The notes under the pieces were generated by a model, which did no database searches, was not told the DNA's origin, and worked only from the letters and a program-made list of their open reading frames with translations. DNA of 32,000 nt, taken from positions 1,350,001 through 1,382,000 of the forward strand of contig NC_007969.1 of the NCBI RefSeq assembly GCF_000013905.1, written 5' to 3'. Both the position numbers and the translations under genes were made by a program. Shown piece by piece: positions 27,301 through 32,000 of this stretch; position 1 is the stretch's first letter, and the number at the start of each line of letters is the position of its first letter. Origin of the DNA: Psychrobacter cryohalolentis K5. Lineage in GTDB: Bacteria; Pseudomonadota; Gammaproteobacteria; Pseudomonadales; Moraxellaceae.

Positions 27301-27639
27301 CTGCGTTATGAAGCACGTGATCTAAATAAGCTGATTGATGCAATCAATGCGACGGGTTTTGGTTTGACCTTGGGCATCCATAGCCGTATTGAAAACACAG
27401 TAGAGCATATCGAGCGCCGAGCCTTTGTCGGCAATACTTATATCAACCGTAACCAAATCGGCGCGGTCGTCAACGTACAGCCGTTCGGTGGCTGCGGTCT
27501 ATCGGGCACAGGTCCCAAAGCAGGTGGTCCACATTATGTCGCCCGTCTGATGAGCTTAACGACAGAGCAGTTGGCTAATGAGCAAGTGGCTCTGATAGAC
27601 AATACCGCTGCAACCAGTACTCAAACAATAATCGCATAA
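24382..27639 (+). CDS. putA: Bifunctional proline dehydrogenase / L-glutamate-gamma-semialdehyde (P5C) dehydrogenase, lacking both the DNA-binding domain and the C-terminal domain
   Basis: The 1085-aa ORF has a GGAG SD 5 nt upstream. The PRODH barrel region is present (YSFDMLGEAA, VRLVKGAYWDTEIK, VRRLLENGANSSFV). The ALDH domain is present (ISPWNFPLAI, ETGGQNA, catalytic Cys in GQRCSA, QPFGGCGLSGTGPKAGGP). No N-terminal ribbon-helix-helix segment is recognisable. Confidence 0.95.
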   Translation: MNPVEQFTPQEPILFNPIDLLSPEYIAQSSTELHTRISPLYSVDEERWLTQLLPLAKPTDAERDSAATQTRQLVEHVRNDGKAVKMVDSLLLEYSLDTQEGVLLMSLAEALIRVPDNYTADALIHDKMSVADWKKHLKNDNGFMVNASTWGMMMTGRVVSIDSDTTASGFLDRMTKKMGEPVIRSAMQKAMRIMGHQFVLGETIEGANKNSQPYRNKGYTYSFDMLGEAAITHKDAEKYFNDYLHAIKATASVKVKEGMPKPSVSIKLSALHPRYEATQEEQVMGLLRQRCLLLIEAAREVNVDLSIDAEEADRLEISLKLFESLYRDNLTADWDGLGLVVQGYSKRAIAILSWLARLATEVGDRIPVRLVKGAYWDTEIKLAQQKGLSGYPVWTRKEGTDTAYLACARFLLSEHLRGLIWPQFATHNAHTLASIMTMSSHRDFEFQRLHGMGDALYDHILQAYQIPVRIYAPVGAHKDLLPYLVRRLLENGANSSFVHQLLDKSYPIDKLTVHPYDKLLTNATLHNPDIPLPLAIYGARRASFGPNIFVESQWIPFKAAIDTHIHKTWSATSVINGNAVNDNTVDGDTHQLDKQAICAPWNHEVIAGEVVYANATIAQQAIAAAVAGQGEWQAVAATKRAAILRKIADLYEENYAELMALCQVEAGKTLQDSIDEIKEAVDFCRFYADEAERLDDVIYEFTDLAGKPSRQVYKARGTFICISPWNFPLAIYTGQVVAALAAGNTVVAKPAEQTSLIAHFGAQLMYQAGVPVEALQLVIGAGDVGAALTAADNIAGVIFTGSTQTAQRINQSLNAHAQVSGELPVFIAETGGQNAMIMDSTALPEQVVRDAVLSAFGSAGQRCSACRILCVQEEMADDLIELLQGNMAELIVGNPLYATTDVGPVIDIDAKRGLEAHIERMRAEPTATILAQTPMSDSSEVSQDQATFVLPTAIEVKSIDVIGGEHFGPILHVLRYEARDLNKLIDAINATGFGLTLGIHSRIENTVEHIERRAFVGNTYINRNQIGAVVNVQPFGGCGLSGTGPKAGGPHYVARLMSLTTEQLANEQVALIDNTAATSTQTIIA

Positions 27640-27650
27640 GGAGTAGCACT

Positions 27651-28340
27651 ATGGCGACTGAATTCAAAAAAAATCATGGCCAAGTTTGTGAAACTTGGCG
27701 TTTGCTTGGCGCAGTGAATCGTGCCACTTATCTGCAAGAAGCCGCACCAAGACTGGCATTATTGACCGGTGATGCCAATAAGGCAAAGCGTCTGTTCAAT
27801 CATTTATTGAGCGCCGCACCCATGCTTGACGAAGAGCACCGTATGACTGGTGCTACGGGCGAGTCAAATGACTTGTACGTGACAGGTCGCGGTAAGACGA
27901 TGGTTGTTGGCGGCGAGTCTGCTCGCGCTATGGCAGTACTTGGGCAGTTGCTAGCAGCATTATTAACGGGTAATGAGGTGATATTGCATTGCCCAAGCCA
28001 AGAAGAGATGTGCATTGAAGCGGCAAAAATCCTCTATGAAAGTGGTATCAGTGATGATGTGCTGAGTGTCGCCAATGACTCGCAAACCGTCACGCTTTTA
28101 TACATCGATCGCCTCGCGCAAGTGGCTGTTTCTGGTAATCGGAAAGAGGTGCAAGCGGTCAGTCAAGAGCTTGCCAAGACTGATGGTATGTTGACGCAAG
28201 TCATTAGCGTCACTGATATGGACGGCTTATCAGAGATGCTAACGCCTGATTATCTATACCGCTTCGTCACTGAGCGTGTAAAAACCATTAATACCACTGC
28301 CATTGGCGGAAATGCAAGCTTGTTAGAACTTGGCACATAG
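27651..28340 (+). CDS. Stand-alone homologue of the PutA C-terminal (ALDH-superfamily-fold) domain
   Basis: The 229-aa ORF starts 11 nt after the putA stop and has an AGGAG SD 5 nt upstream. HRMTGATGESNDLYVTGRGKTMVVGG resembles the LPGPTGERN...R.RVLCIA stretch of E. coli PutA. The C-terminus ERVKTINTTAIGGNASLLELGT resembles the extreme C-terminus ...SVNTAAAGGNASLMTIG. Both E. coli stretches are quoted from memory. Confidence 0.75.
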   Translation: MATEFKKNHGQVCETWRLLGAVNRATYLQEAAPRLALLTGDANKAKRLFNHLLSAAPMLDEEHRMTGATGESNDLYVTGRGKTMVVGGESARAMAVLGQLLAALLTGNEVILHCPSQEEMCIEAAKILYESGISDDVLSVANDSQTVTLLYIDRLAQVAVSGNRKEVQAVSQELAKTDGMLTQVISVTDMDGLSEMLTPDYLYRFVTERVKTINTTAIGGNASLLELGT

Positions 28341-28432
28341 AAGTAACAGCAACAATTTAGTACAGGCAACCAATAATCTCATAAGAAGTTAAAAGATTAG
28401 CTTATTGCCAATAAAGAAATAGCTCGAATAGT

Positions 28433-28492
28433 AAAAATGACGATCAGTCATTATTCCCAAATATTTGGTGAGTAATTTCTGGTCGTTTTTTT
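28433..28492 (+). terminator. Probable terminator of the putA operon
   Basis: An outer 8-bp stem, acgatcag (28440-28447) with ctggtcgt (28479-28486), has one G-U pair. It encloses a palindrome, ccaaatatttgg (28457-28468), and runs into a 7-T tract. It lies about 100 nt after the stop at 28340. Confidence 0.5.
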
Positions 28493-29103
28493 ATGCTTAA
28501 ATTTAGAGGTAGGATAGGTAGGTATTTTAGTAAATACTCACTTTAGTAATGAAGTTTCTTGGCTTTTCAACCAAAATAAGGTATTTTTTGAGTTGTAAGT
28601 TAAACAAAGATGGTGATAATATAAGTTAACCGTTTAGTCAGCAATTATTCACTAAATGGTTAATAAATCCCTTTAACACGGAACGTTGACGTAAGCTAAG
28701 CCTTGAAAGCATGTTTTAACGGTGCTTATATTCCTCGATTTTCCAATAGAGTAGTCGTCGTTAAGACGATACCCAAACCCTTGATAATGCTTTTGTATTT
28801 ACTAAAGATGCTCATCCATCATAGGTAAATTAAAAAGTTCAAACCGCAAACAGATTAAGCCTGAGCAAGTCAGTAGTCAGATAGGCAGTCAGCTTATTCA
28901 ATACAGTTATAACTCTCAGTATTGATGTAGGTATGATGATCATCATCGTATAAATTTTATTAACATGGTAATTAAGTACTCACTTAAGGGCAGCGCATTT
29001 GTGTGCAGTTATCCTTTAAGATACTGATTGTTAAGATTTTATGATTCGATTAAAGATAAAGCAGTTTTTTATCTTCCTTTTATTCTGACAGCTGAGCATT
29101 GCT

Positions 29104-30762
29104 ATGATTCATTTTTATTTGAACGGTCAATATAAGCAATTAACTGACCTCAATCCGAATACCACGGTGCTTGAGTATTTGCGCTTGCACGAACGCCAGA
29201 CTGATACCAAAGAAGGCTGCGGCAGTGGCGACTGCGGAGCCTGTACGGTGATGGCGCAGCGCTTACCTAGCAGTGATGAAGATTCTTCTGATTTGCCTTT
29301 TTATACCCTTAACGCCTGTATCACGCTACTGTCATTGATGGATGGTCATCATATAATGACGTCAGCTTATATCGCGGACAATCCTGAACATCATCCAGAA
29401 CGTGCTTTATTGCACCCAGCGCAGCAAGCAATGGTCGAATGCCATGGCTCGCAGTGCGGGTTTTGTACGCCTGGATTTGTGATGACACTGGCCAGCACCT
29501 ACGAGAATCATCGTCTGCAAGTCGCAAAGGGAACCATCAAAGATGATTTGAGCTACGATGATATTGTGGCTGCAATTGGTGGGAATCTTTGCCGCTGTAC
29601 GGGCTATCGTCCTATTATCGAGGCGGGCTTGGCAATGAGTGAGATTGGTAGACAACGCGATGCTGATCAGACGATCGCCAAAGACTTGACCATCAGTTTA
29701 GCGACAGATGCGATGGCAAATAGCAGACAAACCGTTTCAAGCGAAATGGGTACTATTGAGCCTGCGCTTAATCAAGGGTCACGTAAGTTATTCATTCCAA
29801 AGTCTGTTGCTGAGCTCAATCAAGTGCTCGCTGCCCATCCAAAAGCGACCATTTGGGCAGGTGGTACGGACTTAGGTTTGAGTGTGACGCAACACTTGGT
29901 GGATCACGATATTATCGTACAACTGTCAGCGATTGACGAGCTAAAATCTTGGTCACTACAAGCGTTAAGCTTAAATACCGATGAGCAGTCTAAAAGCGAT
30001 AGCGAAGTAGAGTTTTTAGTATTGGGTGCTGGCATGAGCTATAAGAGCATGCTGCCTGCGCTTGAACAACATTTCCCTGCGTTTGCCAATTTGTTTGAAC
30101 GTATTGCTTCTCCGCAAATCCGTAATATGGGCACTATCGGCGGTAACGTCGCTAACGCTTCACCGATTGGCGATTTGCCTCCCATTCTATTGGCATTAGA
30201 TACTCATATTCATCTGCGTCATTGTGCTGCTATTGACAATTCTATTAACAGCGCTACTGACAATATCAATGTTAATAATGTCCATTCAAATCAAGTATCT
30301 AGTATTGATGAAATCATTCCTTTATCTAAATTCTTTTTAGATTATAAAAAGACCAAACTACGTGCTGGTAGTTACGTGGTAGCCCTTCATATTCCGCTAA
30401 TGCAAGATAATCAGTATCTCTATATTCATAAGATTAGTAAGCGTTACGAAGATGATATCTCAGCGTGCTTGCTTGCTGCGCGACTTGATTTGTCAGCGGA
30501 TGGCATGACTATCCAAGATGCAAAATTTGGACTTGGCGGCATGGCGGCGATACCTTTATTGGCAGCAGAATGTCAGCAGGCACTAATTGGACAAGCAGTA
30601 AATGTTGCCAGTTTCGAGCAGGCAGCACAAAGGCTACCTAATGATGTCTCACCGATGACCGATGTGAGAGCCAGCCGAGAGTATCGTATGCATGTGATGC
30701 AGCGGTTAATCATTAAGTGTGGCAAGCAATTGGTTGCTGATGTGCAAGCGGTAGATGCGTAA
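29104..30762 (+). CDS. xdhA: Xanthine dehydrogenase small subunit (2x[2Fe-2S] + FAD-binding)
   Basis: It has the N-terminal plant-type ferredoxin motif CGSGDCGACTV, a second cluster motif CGFCTPGF...CRCTGYRPI, and an FAD domain (WAGGTDLGL, NMGTIGGNVANASPIGD). It contains an N/S-rich insertion (AIDNSINSATDNINVNNVHSNQVSS). Confidence 0.93.
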   Translation: MIHFYLNGQYKQLTDLNPNTTVLEYLRLHERQTDTKEGCGSGDCGACTVMAQRLPSSDEDSSDLPFYTLNACITLLSLMDGHHIMTSAYIADNPEHHPERALLHPAQQAMVECHGSQCGFCTPGFVMTLASTYENHRLQVAKGTIKDDLSYDDIVAAIGGNLCRCTGYRPIIEAGLAMSEIGRQRDADQTIAKDLTISLATDAMANSRQTVSSEMGTIEPALNQGSRKLFIPKSVAELNQVLAAHPKATIWAGGTDLGLSVTQHLVDHDIIVQLSAIDELKSWSLQALSLNTDEQSKSDSEVEFLVLGAGMSYKSMLPALEQHFPAFANLFERIASPQIRNMGTIGGNVANASPIGDLPPILLALDTHIHLRHCAAIDNSINSATDNINVNNVHSNQVSSIDEIIPLSKFFLDYKKTKLRAGSYVVALHIPLMQDNQYLYIHKISKRYEDDISACLLAARLDLSADGMTIQDAKFGLGGMAAIPLLAAECQQALIGQAVNVASFEQAAQRLPNDVSPMTDVRASREYRMHVMQRLIIKCGKQLVADVQAVDA

Positions 30763-30928
30763 GTAAACATATAGCAAGTAAGCTCGGCAAGAGCTAAATA
30801 GACGGCATTAGTGTTTGAACTTGCTTGATTATGCTAACTCACCTGACTTTCGCATCGCTAAAAGATACAGTCAAAACGCTATTGTTAGAGAGATAGGTTT
30901 TGCTAAAAATATAAGAGAGAGAGCCATT

Positions 30929-32000
30929 ATGAGCCACCATTCTTCATTATTTGACAGCTATAGTACCCGCAGACAGCGTCCACCAAAAGACAAGATTGGC
31001 ACCCAAGCAAAGCATGACAGTGCTATTAGTCACGTTATGGGCACTGCCACTTATGTGGACGATATGCTAAAACCACAAAACACCCTGCATTTAGCAATTG
31101 GTAAAAGTGCTCACGCGCATGCTCGTGTATTGAATATGGATTTGAGCGCCGTACAAGCAGCGGACGGGGTAATCGATGTCATCACTTTTAAAGATTTACC
31201 AGCCAAGACTGATATCGGAGCAGTGTTTGATGGCGATCCACTCATGGTCGATCAGATCACAGAATATGTCGGTCAAACGCTATTTACGGTGGTTGCCACC
31301 AGTCACCGTGCAGCAAAAAAAGCCGTGCTCAAAGCCATTGTGGAATATGAGCCGCTGCCCGCAATCCTCACTATTGATGAGGCGCTAAAGCAAGAGCAGT
31401 TTGTACGTCCAAGTCACTTTATGACGCGCGGTGATGCTCAGGCTGAGCTTGAGAGTGCACCTACTCGTATTGCAGGGCATATTCATATGTTGGGGCAAGA
31501 GCATTTTTATTTGGAAGGGCAAGTATCTTATGTTATTCCTTGCGATGATGGTGGGCTTGAAGTCTATACTTCCTCACAGCATCCGAGTGAAGTGCAGCAG
31601 CTGGTCGCCGAAGTGGTCGATTTACCTTTTCATGCCGTGACGACAGTTGTGCGCCGAATGGGCGGTGGTTTTGGTGGTAAAGAAACGCAAGCTGCCGCAT
31701 GGGCGTGTCTGTGCGGTATCGTTGCCAAACGCCATAATGTGCCAGTGAGTATGCGCTTAGACCGTCAAGATGATATGGTTGTCACTGGTAAACGTCATGA
31801 ATTTGCCAATCGCTACGATGTCGGTGTCAATGATGCTGGTCAAGTGCTTGGCGTTGATATGCAGCTATCAGGATTGTGCGGTTATTCACCAGATTTGTCC
31901 GATGCTATTGTCGATCGGGCGATGTTCCATTGTGACAACGCCTATTATTATCCAGCGGCTCAGATCGCTGGTCATCGCTGCAAGACTCATACAGTATCAA
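30929..32000 (+). CDS. xdhB: Xanthine dehydrogenase molybdopterin-binding large subunit (5' part; continues beyond the window)
   Basis: It is absent from the ORF track because it is open at the window edge. Hand translation from ATG 30929 gives MSHHSSLFDSYSTRRQRPPKDKIGTQAKHDSAISHVMGTATYVDDM...GQEHFYLEGQVSYVIP...VRRMGGGFGGKETQ...VTGKRHEF..., with no stop up to 32000. These are typical XdhB / aldehyde-oxidase a/b-hammerhead and Moco-domain motifs. Confidence 0.9.
   Translation, partial: MSHHSSLFDSYSTRRQRPPKDKIGTQAKHDSAISHVMGTATYVDDMLKPQNTLHLAIGKSAHAHARVLNMDLSAVQAADGVIDVITFKDLPAKTDIGAVFDGDPLMVDQITEYVGQTLFTVVATSHRAAKKAVLKAIVEYEPLPAILTIDEALKQEQFVRPSHFMTRGDAQAELESAPTRIAGHIHMLGQEHFYLEGQVSYVIPCDDGGLEVYTSSQHPSEVQQLVAEVVDLPFHAVTTVVRRMGGGFGGKETQAAAWACLCGIVAKRHNVPVSMRLDRQDDMVVTGKRHEFANRYDVGVNDAGQVLGVDMQLSGLCGYSPDLSDAIVDRAMFHCDNAYYYPAAQIAGHRCKTHTVS

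Noticed and set aside
24753-28015. ORFs 24753..24962, 24917..25141, 25685..25975, 25981..26280, 26138..26356, 26961..27143 and 27800..28015
   Set aside because: They are off-frame or antisense shadows within putA and the CTD ORF.
28437-28630. Mini-ORFs in the putA-xdhA spacer (for example the 26-codon ORF from 28549) and the GGTAGG-ATA-GGTAGG direct repeat at about 28508-28522
   Set aside because: They have no SD sequences and sit in an AT-rich context where such ORFs arise by chance. The repeat is too short to interpret.
29321-31640. ORFs 29321..29527, 29407..29655, 30573..30770, 31176..31388 and 31431..31640
   Set aside because: They are antisense or off-frame within xdhA and the hand-translated xdhB frame, which carries the diagnostic motifs.
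1-32000. Mobile elements, prophage, defence systems, toxin-antitoxin pairs, rRNA and tRNA genes
   Set aside because: No transposase, integrase, recombinase, nuclease/helicase defence-type ORFs, IS-like terminal inverted repeats or tRNA-like sequences were recognised on either strand. All ORFs above 100 aa are accounted for by the genes listed.

Overview
Chromosomal window from an AT-rich gammaproteobacterium. The gene content and the low-complexity insertions in housekeeping proteins suggest Moraxellaceae, possibly Psychrobacter-like; this is an inference, not verified. About 85% of the window is conserved housekeeping genes. In order: nrdA, a YbeD-like DUF493 gene, rpoD and dnaG (minus strand); bamD divergent from rluD-pgeF; tolQRAB (minus strand); an NCS2 purine permease; putA; and xdhA plus the 5' part of xdhB. 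Four things stand out. (1) Between pgeF and tolB lies an accessory block holding a flavodoxin-like gene, an unlisted 56-aa lipoprotein ORF and a three-gene cluster. That cluster encodes a membrane-anchored triheme cytochrome c, a Tat-exported L-amino-acid/monoamine-oxidase-family flavoprotein and a monoheme cytochrome c lipoprotein. It looks like a respiratory-chain-linked periplasmic amine or amino-acid dehydrogenase, not an oxidase. (2) PutA appears to be split: a 1085-aa PRODH+P5CDH protein is followed 11 nt later, with its own strong SD, by a 229-aa ORF resembling the C-terminal domain that is normally fused in long PutAs. (3) A 26-bp tandem repeat array runs right up to the start codon of the purine permease. 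(4) A 16-bp tandem repeat array, and further upstream a mini-ORF followed by a terminator-like hairpin, precede putA. No rRNA, tRNA, CRISPR, transposase or integrase was recognised. All hairpin, repeat and internal-start coordinates were derived by hand, and no database search was possible.
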